From assembly GCA_041600715.1 (NCBI GenBank), contig JBFIJM010000001.1, positions 448,387 to 512,386 of the forward strand: 64,000 bases of DNA, read 5' to 3'. Every line of letters begins with the position of its first letter. The stretch's first letter is position 1. The notes beneath the pieces are model-generated. The model worked only from the letters and a program-made list of their open reading frames with translations, was not told the origin of the DNA and made no database searches. The position numbers and the translations under genes are program-made. This document shows, one piece after another, positions 36,577-44,163 of this stretch. The DNA comes from Candidatus Saccharimonadales bacterium (GTDB taxonomy: Bacteria; Patescibacteriota; Saccharimonadia; Saccharimonadales; 2-12-FULL-41-12).

Positions 36577-37392
36577 TTACTCATCCTTGCTAGATTTCCG
36601 TGAAGCTGAGATCACATTCTCGAATAGTGCAGTGACAGTTAACGGACCAACACCACCTTTTACAGGTGTAATTGTTAGATCGTCACGTTCATAAACCTCA
36701 GGCGCAACATCCCCTACCGTTTTCCCGTCTTCACTGGCAACTCCTGCGTCAACGACTACCGCTCCCCGCTTTATCATATCTGGGAATAAAAGCGCTGGAC
36801 TGCCCGCGCATGTAATTATAATGTCTGCAGAAAGGGTGAGGGATGCGAGATCTGCTGTACTTCGATCTGCAACGGTCACGTCATGGCCAGCAGATATAAG
36901 CTGTTTAGATAAGGGTTGTCCCACTAGTTTACCGTTTCCAATAAGAACTATCTTCTTCCCTTGGATATCTATGTTATATCCTGCAAGTAACCACATGATC
37001 GCCATTGGCGTTGCTGGATCGTGAATTGCATTAACCCCCAGTGCGTCAACATCCTTTTCTGGCGCTACCAAATTACATAACTCATCAGTCTCTTTCGGGT
37101 CTTCTAGAGGGAGTTGCAAAATAATACCGTGGACAGATGCGTCCTTATTTAATTGCTCTATGCACTGACGCGCATCTGCTTGAGCAATGTTATGAACATC
37201 TACATCAATTAATATATCGGAACCATATCGTTGCTTTAAACCCACATAGGTATTAATAACTGGATCATCTTTTACTTGCACGATCGCCAACTTAGGGTCT
37301 ACTCCATAGGCCTGTCTTAGCCCACGCACAGCGCGTGACTGTCGCTCTTTTATAAATCCAGCTAGTTCTGACCCATTAAGTATTTTCATCAA
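36577..37392 (-). CDS. folD: Bifunctional methylenetetrahydrofolate dehydrogenase/cyclohydrolase
   Basis: YVGLKQR, HGIILQLPL, GKLVGQPL, PVKGGVGPLTV motifs. Confidence 0.88.
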   Translation of the reverse strand: MMKILNGSELAGFIKERQSRAVRGLRQAYGVDPKLAIVQVKDDPVINTYVGLKQRYGSDILIDVDVHNIAQADARQCIEQLNKDASVHGIILQLPLEDPKETDELCNLVAPEKDVDALGVNAIHDPATPMAIMWLLAGYNIDIQGKKIVLIGNGKLVGQPLSKQLISAGHDVTVADRSTADLASLTLSADIIITCAGSPALLFPDMIKRGAVVVDAGVASEDGKTVGDVAPEVYERDDLTITPVKGGVGPLTVTALFENVISASRKSSKDE

Positions 37393-37495
37393 CGTCTATC
37401 ATACTCTGTCTCACCTATTCTGGTAAACAGATAAGACCTAGCTAATATAAATAAAGGCAAGTAAAAAAATCTTCTCAGCAGACGATTATCAAGTA

Positions 37496-37572
37496 TGGTA
37501 CACCCGGACGGATTCGAACCGCCGACCCTCTGTTCCGAAGACAGATGCTCTAATCCGCTGAGCTACGGGTGC
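37496..37572 (-). tRNA. tRNA-Arg (anticodon TCG), CCA encoded
   Basis: Manual cloverleaf: GCACCCG/CGGGTGT acceptor (G1-U72), anticodon loop CTTCGGA, T arm GGCGG-TTCGAAT-CCGTC. Confidence 0.88.
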
Positions 37573-37610
37573 ATATTGCAACATCTGCTCATTTTAACAG
37601 ATTAAAGCAC

Positions 37611-37639
37611 TTGCTACAACAGGGGTAATCTGCTATTAT
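37611..37639 (+). promoter_or_regulatory. Sigma70-type promoter upstream of tRNA-Lys
   Basis: TTGCTA (37611-37616), 17-nt spacer, TATTAT (37634-37639). tRNA starts at 37659. Confidence 0.5.
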
Positions 37640-37658
37640 CGCTTGGTTAGTAATATTA

Positions 37659-37735
37659 GGGCCAGTAGCTCAGCTGGTTAGAGCACCTGCCTCTTAAGCA
37701 GGGTGTCGAGGGTTCGAGTCCCTCCTGGCCCTCCA
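37659..37735 (+). tRNA. tRNA-Lys (anticodon CTT), CCA encoded
   Basis: Manual cloverleaf: GGGCCAG/CTGGCCC acceptor, anticodon loop CTCTTAA, T arm GAGGG-TTCGAGT-CCCTC. Confidence 0.9.
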
Positions 37736-37739
37736 CGCA

Positions 37740-37767
37740 AGAACCGTCCTTCTGGGCGGTTTTTTCG
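37740..37767 (+). terminator. Hairpin + T-run terminator directly after tRNA-Lys (proximal)
   Basis: AACCGTCC-ttct-GGGCGGTT followed by TTTTT. Confidence 0.7.
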
Positions 37768-37904
37768 TGATTGATCTTTGGGGTCACGAATTCATGACAC
37801 GCCAAAGGGTGGAGAGGGTGAGGATTGCCTGTGGCAATCTGCAAGGGAGACAACTCTTGCAAACTGGTTTGCAGAGATGTTGCGACGGGGTCGCAGAATG
37901 TGAC

Positions 37905-37925
37905 CGAGTCCCTCCTGGCCCTCCA
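37905..37925 (+). repeat. Second copy of the tRNA-Lys 3' end (21/21 identical to 37715-37735)
   Basis: Direct reading of both copies. Confidence 0.95.
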
Positions 37926-37963
37926 AACTAAAATACCCTACCTTGCCGTAGGGTATTTTAGTT
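37926..37963. terminator. Second (distal) hairpin terminator following the duplicated tRNA-Lys end
   Basis: AAACTAAAATACCCTAC-cttgcc-GTAGGGTATTTTAGTTT, 17-bp arms. Confidence 0.75.
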
Positions 37964-38063
37964 TGGTGTTTTGGGCGGACTCAAACCTGAGACTTGGATT
38001 TTCTTCAGAAAATACAGTTATCGAGCGGTTCGGTCGACAAAGTCGTGCGCTTGCCCCTCCTTG
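37964..38063 (+). other. Second, older-looking tRNA-linked insert (related to the one after tRNA-Arg-TCT)
   Basis: Shares GGTTCGGTCGACAAAGTC (38027-38044, 16/18 with 43867-43884) and GTGCGCTTGCCCCTCC (38045-38060) with the 43.9-kb insert. Ends in a degenerate T-arm/acceptor-like CCCCTCCTTGG. Confidence 0.35.
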
Positions 38064-38100
38064 GGTGTTTTTAATCTAGATCCACAGCAATTAAATTAGA

Positions 38101-38646
38101 CTACTTATCGGAATCTGGTGCTTGCAAGCGTTTTTGAGGCTTATTTTCTTCGTGGGCTTTAAGAGTTTGGGTAAGGACATTGATCATACTTTGGGCATGT
38201 TCACGACTCATCCCTATTCTACTCACTACCGCTGGTTGTTGCATACCAGGGGCTTGCTGTAAGAACTGAAGTATAACGCCGTGATCATTTACATTAGCCT
38301 GCATGGAATCGCTGTATACAACACGATTATCAACCGGCATATACATAACAACTTGCTTATTAATAATATCTTCTAAGACGCTAGATACAACGTCTGCTGT
38401 ATCCTGACTTCCTTCTGCAAGTTCTCTTAGATCATCTGCTTGGTCTTCAGTAAGTAAGAAATGACTAATCAACATATCTAGCATTTCTGCAGAAGGGAGT
38501 TGCTTACCAGATTCAATAGAATGAAGTGCACTCTGATCTATCTCAAGAGTTCCTGATACTTCATCAACAGATTGTTGCCATTGCTCTCGCAGGAACTTTA
38601 TGCGAGCCCCAAAGGCAGAATAAGGTTGGTCGTTCTGATTTCCCAT
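38101..38646 (-). CDS. XRE-family HTH protein with uncharacterised C-terminal domain (181 aa)
   Basis: N-terminal HTH_3-like segment FGARIKFLREQWQQSVDEVSGTLEIDQSALHSIESGKQLPSAEML. Confidence 0.6.
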   Translation of the reverse strand: MGNQNDQPYSAFGARIKFLREQWQQSVDEVSGTLEIDQSALHSIESGKQLPSAEMLDMLISHFLLTEDQADDLRELAEGSQDTADVVSSVLEDIINKQVVMYMPVDNRVVYSDSMQANVNDHGVILQFLQQAPGMQQPAVVSRIGMSREHAQSMINVLTQTLKAHEENKPQKRLQAPDSDK

Positions 38647-38740
38647 ACAGACTATATTGTACGCCGGTTTGTGATGGATTCAAGTTATAGCGCTATATAT
38701 AACAACATCTACGAAGATAAAACTTGTTATACTAACGGTT

Positions 38741-39775
38741 ATGCTTCCTGGATTAAAAGAAAACATGTCCTTAAAAAACTATTCAACCATGCGTCTTGGT
38801 GGACCGGCGCGATACTTATGTGAAATCCAGGATTATCACGACATTACCTTAATCGATGAATGGGCTACAAAGAACAACCTTCCTATCATAATGATCGGCA
38901 GTGGGAGTAATATAGTCTGGAGCGATGAAGGATTTCCGGGCGTAGTGCTGGTCAATAAAATACCCGGTTATGACTTGCAAGACCAGGGAGAGCAACAGTA
39001 CTTAATGATCGGCGCTGGAGAAGAATGGGACTCAGTTGTAGAGCGAAGTGTAGCTAGTGGGCTTTCTGGTCTAGAATCATTATCACTTATCCCAGGAACG
39101 GCCGGTGCAACACCTATACAGAACGTGGGAGCTTACGGTAGCGAGATAGCCAACGTACTGGTGTGCGTACAAGCTTATGATCGTACAGAGAAGAAAATGG
39201 TTGTTATCCCTAAGTCCGACTGTGGATTTAGTTACAGAAATAGCCGATTTAAGTCTGAAGATAAGGGTCGATTCTTTATTACCTCACTAACTGTTTCGTT
39301 ATCAAGAGGCTTACCCACCCCGCCTTATTACGCAAGTGTTGAAGCGCGTATTAGAGCAAAGGGGTTAAATAATAATCAGATTACGGCTCAAGCTATTCGA
39401 GATATCGTAATAGCAATTCGTAGCGAAAAATTACCAGACCCGTCGCAAGTAGCTAACTGTGGTTCATTCTTTCATAATCCGATCATTCCCTTATATCAAC
39501 TAGACGAAATTCGTGGCAACTATCCTGGTGTTGTCTACTGGACTGTTGGAGATGATCAAGCCAAAGTTTCGGCCGGCTGGCTTCTAGAGCAACTGGGTCT
39601 CAAGGGTTACCACGAACCTAACACAGGCATGGCAATTTGGGACAAGCAAGCTTTGGTCTTAGTTAACGAACACGCTCCAAGCACTGCGCATTTGCTAGCC
39701 TTTAGAGATGCGATAATTAAGTCTGTCCAGGAAAAATACGGAATAACACTAATACAAGAACCGGAACTAATTTAA
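38741..39775 (+). CDS. murB: UDP-N-acetylenolpyruvoylglucosamine reductase
   Basis: FAD-binding N-terminus (LKNYSTMRLGGPARY, IGSGSNI), SYRNSRFK, GSFFHNP. The true start may be ATG 38765. Confidence 0.82.
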   Translation: MLPGLKENMSLKNYSTMRLGGPARYLCEIQDYHDITLIDEWATKNNLPIIMIGSGSNIVWSDEGFPGVVLVNKIPGYDLQDQGEQQYLMIGAGEEWDSVVERSVASGLSGLESLSLIPGTAGATPIQNVGAYGSEIANVLVCVQAYDRTEKKMVVIPKSDCGFSYRNSRFKSEDKGRFFITSLTVSLSRGLPTPPYYASVEARIRAKGLNNNQITAQAIRDIVIAIRSEKLPDPSQVANCGSFFHNPIIPLYQLDEIRGNYPGVVYWTVGDDQAKVSAGWLLEQLGLKGYHEPNTGMAIWDKQALVLVNEHAPSTAHLLAFRDAIIKSVQEKYGITLIQEPELI

Positions 39776-40548
39776 TCTTCTAAAATGCTTTGCCCGTGTT
39801 GCGCCTTGTAAACAAGTTGCATTTCTATACGAGGCAAACCTGCAATAGCTTCTACGCGATCGAGCAACTCTGCCTTTGTGGCTTTTTTTCCTGCATTTAA
39901 CTTTGCCTTTAACCCTATTGCCAGCGCACCAAGAGTACCGACCTTATCGTCGTGTAACTGCTTTTTGAGACGAGCCATATTCTTGTCTTCTGCATACATG
40001 TCAAAAGCCCTTCTTAGGTTGTCAATCTTCATATTCCATGAATCGATGCGTGCTAACACACTTTTCACATCCCCCGCGATCAAGTGAGGATAGTTCTGCT
40101 TTTTGCCGTAGTACGTATTGTTGAACTTTTCTGCGAACCAAGGATCGTTCATTGTTTCCATCACACTAAAGAACGTATCAAAATTTGATTGATTCAATGA
40201 TTTTTTCATTATTGCAGAATAAGCCATTGAGCGGTTATGATAGTATGCGTCTACATAATCTGGCTTACCACGATTTGCTATAAAGTCATATTTATAGCTA
40301 GCAGGCACCCCATTAATCCAGGCCACTGTTTCTTTCCTAATATGTGGCATATACGAATTACTTTCGTAAGCTAATGCGACGTCAGCCTCAATGCCCCTAA
40401 GCATAAACTCATAGGAGTCAACCAACCCATCACCAATAAGAGCTTCGTATTCATCAGTTCCTGTACGTTCATGGAATATTGACTGAAATGAACTTAGTTC
40501 CACGTTCATTCTACCTAAATCATTGCGTAACTTTTCTCTGTTATCCAT
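39772..40548 (-). CDS. Hypothetical protein (258 aa)
   Basis: Intact ORF. No motif recognised. 4-nt convergent overlap with murB. Confidence 0.5.
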   Translation of the reverse strand: MDNREKLRNDLGRMNVELSSFQSIFHERTGTDEYEALIGDGLVDSYEFMLRGIEADVALAYESNSYMPHIRKETVAWINGVPASYKYDFIANRGKPDYVDAYYHNRSMAYSAIMKKSLNQSNFDTFFSVMETMNDPWFAEKFNNTYYGKKQNYPHLIAGDVKSVLARIDSWNMKIDNLRRAFDMYAEDKNMARLKKQLHDDKVGTLGALAIGLKAKLNAGKKATKAELLDRVEAIAGLPRIEMQLVYKAQHGQSILED

Positions 40549-40604
40549 TTAGTTATTCTAGCTTGAGAATTCACTTTAACCATGAGCACTTAACATTCTA
40601 GGTA

Positions 40605-41882
40605 TTACTCATCACTTGGTAAGGGAAACTGTATTGCAAATTTCTTAACTTCATCGTTCAAGTCGCTAAGTTTTGAATTATCTTCACGGTGAGTAATAGC
40701 TTGGAGCATCCATTCGGCTATTTTTTCCATATGCTGTTGCTTCATCCCGCGTGAAGTTATTGCCGGTGTTCCTAGACGAATTCCGCTTGGTCGAAACGGC
40801 GGTAGTGGGTCGTCTGCAATAGCATTTTTATTGAGAGTTAATCCAATCTTATCCAACGCTTTTTCTGCAATATCGCCGTCAATCCCAAAACTACTATGCA
40901 CGTCACACAAGATTAGATGATTACTAGTTCCGCCAGTTATGAGCTTAAAACCACGTTTCTGAAGTTGATCAGCGAGTTCTGAGGCATTGTCCACAACTTG
41001 TTTAGCATAATCTTTGAACTCTGGTTTTAGCGCTTCGCCAAATGCCACTGCCTTTCCTGCGATTACATGCATTAGTGGGCCACCTTGAACTCCAGGGAAA
41101 ACCGTACGATCTATGAGAGTAGGAATATTATCAATGGTTTTTTCTGGCGCACGTAGAGGTGTACTAACAGTCCCTTTACTAAGAATTAAACCACCCCTCG
41201 GTCCACGAAGGGTTTTATGTGTAGTTGTCGTGATTACATGAAAGCCATGATCAAAAGGATTTTCAGCTACCCCACCAACAATAAGTCCAGCGATATGAGC
41301 CATATCAGCAACTAAAAGCGCCCCTACTTCATTCCCGATTTCTGCAAACTTACCATAGTCTAATTCTCTTGGGTAAGCACTAAAACCTGCCAGAATAATC
41401 TTTGGTTTATGCTTTAAAGCCAACTCTCTGAGCTCTTCATAGTCGATCTCGCCAGTCTTGGGATCCTTCATTTTATATCTGACAAAGTTATATATTCTTG
41501 CGAGAACAGTAACCGGCGCACCGTGCGTTAAATGACCACCGTGACTAAGATCCATTGCTAAAACCGTATCTCCTGGATCAAGCCAAGAATGATAGACTGC
41601 TTCGTTTGCTTGAGCTCCAGAATGAGGCTGAACGTTTGCATGGTCTGCTCCAAAAAGTTCCTTTGCTCGGTCAATTGCTAACTGTTCAACTTGATCAGTG
41701 TTTTCTTGACCACCATAATACCTCTTACCAGGAAATCCCTCGGAGTATTTATTGGTAAAAATACTCCCGTTAGCAGTTAGCACGTCTCTAGAAACATGAT
41801 TCTCGCTTGGAATAAGCTCTAATCCTTCGCGTTGTCTTTGTTCTTCTGCAGATATTAGGTTCGCAATAATAGTGTCGTTCAT
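40605..41882 (-). CDS. glyA: Serine hydroxymethyltransferase
   Basis: ELIPSENHVS; PLP-Lys motif TTTTHKTLRGPRGG; SGIRLGTPAITSRG. Confidence 0.96.
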   Translation of the reverse strand: MNDTIIANLISAEEQRQREGLELIPSENHVSRDVLTANGSIFTNKYSEGFPGKRYYGGQENTDQVEQLAIDRAKELFGADHANVQPHSGAQANEAVYHSWLDPGDTVLAMDLSHGGHLTHGAPVTVLARIYNFVRYKMKDPKTGEIDYEELRELALKHKPKIILAGFSAYPRELDYGKFAEIGNEVGALLVADMAHIAGLIVGGVAENPFDHGFHVITTTTHKTLRGPRGGLILSKGTVSTPLRAPEKTIDNIPTLIDRTVFPGVQGGPLMHVIAGKAVAFGEALKPEFKDYAKQVVDNASELADQLQKRGFKLITGGTSNHLILCDVHSSFGIDGDIAEKALDKIGLTLNKNAIADDPLPPFRPSGIRLGTPAITSRGMKQQHMEKIAEWMLQAITHREDNSKLSDLNDEVKKFAIQFPLPSDE

Positions 41883-42013
41883 AATTTCGGTCTCCTTGTT
41901 AGATGTAATCAGTTGGCTCAGTAGTAACGATCATAACTAAATCATACTCATATTGTAGCTGATTTTAGCAAAAAAATCTGACTTGATTCACATATCATGA
42001 GTGGTATATTATT

Positions 42014-43540
42014 GTGATCATGACCAACACAAACGAAAAAATAGGACAGTTAATTTATCAGATCAGGCAAGAGCGTGGTTTTACACAAGCTGAGTTTGCA
42101 AGAAGACTTGGCACCAGTCAATCAGCCGTAAACCGTATCGAAAAAGGTCGACAGAACCTCAGTCTAGAGACATTAGGTAGAATTAGCGACGTACTCAATA
42201 AGCAGATCATTAGCCTCGGTGGAGGTGCGGTAAACCTAAGGATAGAAGGCGGACATGAACTCAAAGGGAGCATAGAAACTAAGGTTTCTAAAAATGCTGC
42301 GGTTTGTTTGTTATTCGCTGCGCTTCTAAACAAAGGCACCACAAGACTTAAGCGTATGCCGAGAATAGAAGAAGTAAACCGACTTATAGAAGTACTGACA
42401 AGCATAGGAGTAAAAGTCCGATGGATGGCTAATAACGACTTAGAGATTCGACCACCAGAAGTCCTGCTACTCGACAAGATGGATAAAACCGCTGCCCGAA
42501 AAACACGTAGTGTGATCATGATGCTAGGTCCTCTAATGCATCTGTTTGATGAGTTCAAAATCCCCTATGCAGGGGGGTGTAAACTTGGGAGCAGGACTGT
42601 TCAGCCACATCTCTTCGCTCTTGAAGAATTTGGAGTTAACATTACTGCTAAGACCGGTCATTATCATGTTGTCGCCAAACACAAAATTCCTGAAACAATA
42701 ATATTATACGAATCTGGCGATACAACCACAGAGAACGTCATCATGGCAGCATCCCGCGTAGACGGAGAGGTAACAATTAAGATGGCTAGTGCTAATTATA
42801 TGGTTCAGGATCTCTGTTATTTCTTAAAAAAACTTGGCGTTAAGATTTCAGGAATAGGCACCAGTACTCTTGTTATTCGTGGCGTAAAAAATATTCGAAA
42901 GAACGTTACTTATCATCCATCTGAAGACCCAATAGAGTCAATGACATTTATAGCAGCAGCGGTTACTACAAACTCCAGTATTACAGTTAAGCGTGCACCG
43001 ATAGAGTTTGTGGAGTTAGAACTTTTAAAACTTAAAAAAATGGGTCTTTCTTTTGATGTCAGCCCTCATTACAAGGCTAACAATGGGTACACAGACCTTG
43101 CCGATATTACTATCCATAAACATGACGGTAAACTTACAGCTTTAGAGGAAAAAATTTATGCTCGTCCATTCCCTGGCCTAAACATCGACAATCTACCGTA
43201 TTTCGTGCCGATTTCTGCAGTAGCGAAAGGTCGCACTCTTATACACGACTGGGTGTATGAAGAAAGAGCACTTTATTATACCGAGATGCGCAAACTTGGA
43301 GTGAATGTCACGCTAGCTGATCCTCATAGAGCTTACATAGATGGGCCAACAAAATGGAGCGTTGCAGACGTAGTATGCCCTCCCGCCCTTCGTCCAGCGG
43401 TCCTACTGCTCATTGGTATGCTAGCAGCACCTGGTACTTCTATCCTACGTAATGTCTATTCTATCAATCGTGGATACGAGGATCTTGCCGAAAGACTAAA
43501 TCAAATCGGTGCTCAGATAGAAATTATCAACGATCTATAA
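42014..43540 (+). CDS. murA: XRE-type HTH domain fused to UDP-N-acetylglucosamine 1-carboxyvinyltransferase
   Basis: Residues ~8-65 are HTH_3-like (IRQERGFTQAEFARRLGTSQSAVNRIEKGRQNLSLETL). The remainder is MurA-like (SKNAAV Lys motif, catalytic Cys in PYAGGCKLGSRTVQPHL, two-lobed EPSP-synthase-fold length). Confidence 0.8.
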   Translation: MIMTNTNEKIGQLIYQIRQERGFTQAEFARRLGTSQSAVNRIEKGRQNLSLETLGRISDVLNKQIISLGGGAVNLRIEGGHELKGSIETKVSKNAAVCLLFAALLNKGTTRLKRMPRIEEVNRLIEVLTSIGVKVRWMANNDLEIRPPEVLLLDKMDKTAARKTRSVIMMLGPLMHLFDEFKIPYAGGCKLGSRTVQPHLFALEEFGVNITAKTGHYHVVAKHKIPETIILYESGDTTTENVIMAASRVDGEVTIKMASANYMVQDLCYFLKKLGVKISGIGTSTLVIRGVKNIRKNVTYHPSEDPIESMTFIAAAVTTNSSITVKRAPIEFVELELLKLKKMGLSFDVSPHYKANNGYTDLADITIHKHDGKLTALEEKIYARPFPGLNIDNLPYFVPISAVAKGRTLIHDWVYEERALYYTEMRKLGVNVTLADPHRAYIDGPTKWSVADVVCPPALRPAVLLLIGMLAAPGTSILRNVYSINRGYEDLAERLNQIGAQIEIINDL

Positions 43541-43576
43541 ATAGAGGTCACCATCTGTTATAATTTGCGTTAGTCT

Positions 43577-43651
43577 GCGGGATTCGTATAACGGCTAATA
43601 TATAAGTTTTCCAAACTTAGGACGGGGGTTCGATTCCCCCATCCCGCACCA
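43577..43651 (+). tRNA. tRNA-Gly (anticodon TCC), CCA encoded
   Basis: GCGGGAT/ATCCCGC acceptor, anticodon loop TTTCCAA, T arm GGGGG-TTCGATT-CCCCC. Extended -10 TGTTATAAT at 43556-43564. Confidence 0.88.
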
Positions 43652-43721
43652 CAATCATTTATCAAACCGCATTTCACATTATATAAATGAAAAATGTTGA
43701 CTGTTAAATGAACGCTTGTGT

Positions 43722-43798
43722 GCCCCGGTAGCTCAGTGGATTAGAGCAATGGGCTTCTATCCCACAGGTCGGGGGTTCGAGTCCCTCCCGGGGTACCA
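43722..43798 (+). tRNA. tRNA-Arg (anticodon TCT), CCA encoded
   Basis: GCCCCGG/CCGGGGT acceptor (G1-U72), anticodon loop CTTCTAT, T arm GGGGG-TTCGAGT-CCCTC. Confidence 0.88.
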
Positions 43799-43835
43799 AA
43801 ATAAAACACCTATTATTTGATAGGTGTTTTATTTT
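43799..43835. terminator. Hairpin terminator directly after tRNA-Arg-TCT
   Basis: AAAATAAAACACCTAT-tatttg-ATAGGTGTTTTATTTT. Confidence 0.8.
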
Positions 43836-43937
43836 GACAGCTAGCTGAAGCGGGCATCGAACCACAGGTTCGGTCGCCCAAGTCACGCACAAGAATGAAT
43901 TCCGAGCATGACTGCAGGCGTGCGCTACCCCTCCCGA
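43836..43937 (+). other. tRNA-Arg-TCT-linked structured insert, related to those after tRNA-Glu and tRNA-Lys
   Basis: Contains TCACGCACAAGAATGAATTCCGAGCATGAC (43883-43912, ~80% identical to 23032-23061) and blocks shared with 38027-38060. Ends in CCCTCCCG (43930-43937), matching the tRNA T-arm/acceptor junction 43783-43790. Confidence 0.4.
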
Positions 43938-43986
43938 TTGATCATCACCCACTCTACGCCTCCTTAGATCTTATTTATTACAGTAG

Positions 43987-44015
43987 TTGCTATAGACGTA
44001 ACTTTACGCTATAAT
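43987..44015 (+). promoter_or_regulatory. Sigma70-type promoter upstream of tRNA-His
   Basis: TTGCTA (43987-43992), 17-nt spacer, TATAAT (44010-44015). Confidence 0.55.
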
Positions 44016-44052
44016 CACCCCTGTTTTACTGACCATTTCAGTACAAATATTT

Positions 44053-44130
44053 GGTGGCTATAGCTCAGTTGGTTAGAGCGCCGGGTTGTGGTTCCGGAGG
44101 TCGTGGGTTCAATTCCCATTAGCCACCCCA
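44053..44130 (+). tRNA. tRNA-His (anticodon GTG) with genomically encoded G-1, CCA encoded
   Basis: G-1 (44053) opposite discriminator C73; GTGGCTA/TAGCCAC acceptor; anticodon loop TTGTGGT; T arm GTGGG-TTCAATT-CCCAT. Confidence 0.9.
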
Positions 44131-44140
44131 TTCAAGAGAA

Positions 44141-44163
44141 GTCAAGAGTTGCTTGGCTTTTTT
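44141..44163 (+). terminator. Terminator after tRNA-His
   Basis: GTCAAG-agtt-CTTGGC hairpin followed by T6. Abuts the convergent gene end. Confidence 0.55.

Larger units (their letters stand above)
37736..37925 (+). mobile_element. 190-bp insert between tRNA-Lys and its distal terminator, bounded by an exact 21-bp duplication of the tRNA 3' end (miniature integrative-element-like or ncRNA unit)
   Basis: CGAGTCCCTCCTGGCCCTCCA occurs at 37715-37735 and 37905-37925. The insert carries its own terminator and several hairpins. No ORF. Confidence 0.35.

Noticed and set aside
37656-38079. ORF-track entries 37656..37862 (-) and 37825..38079 (+)
   Set aside because: They run through tRNA-Lys, its terminators and the duplicated tRNA end (for example the peptide GLEPSTPCLRGRCSNQLSYWP is simply a translated tRNA). 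There is no SD or start context. The region is better explained as RNA or repeat sequence.
43846-43937. Minus-strand tRNA pseudogenes within the tRNA-linked inserts (T-loop-like GGTTCGATGCC at 43.85 kb, GGTTTGAGTCC at 37.98 kb, 5' GGAGGGGTAGCGCA-like start)
   Set aside because: No complementary acceptor strands, T stems mostly mismatched, and no anticodon arm could be drawn. The GGAGGGG end is simply the reverse complement of the degenerate plus-strand tRNA-end copy.
43704-43952. ORF-track entry 43704..43952 (-), 82 aa
   Set aside because: It spans tRNA-Arg-TCT, its terminator and the structured insert, so it is a translated tRNA artefact.
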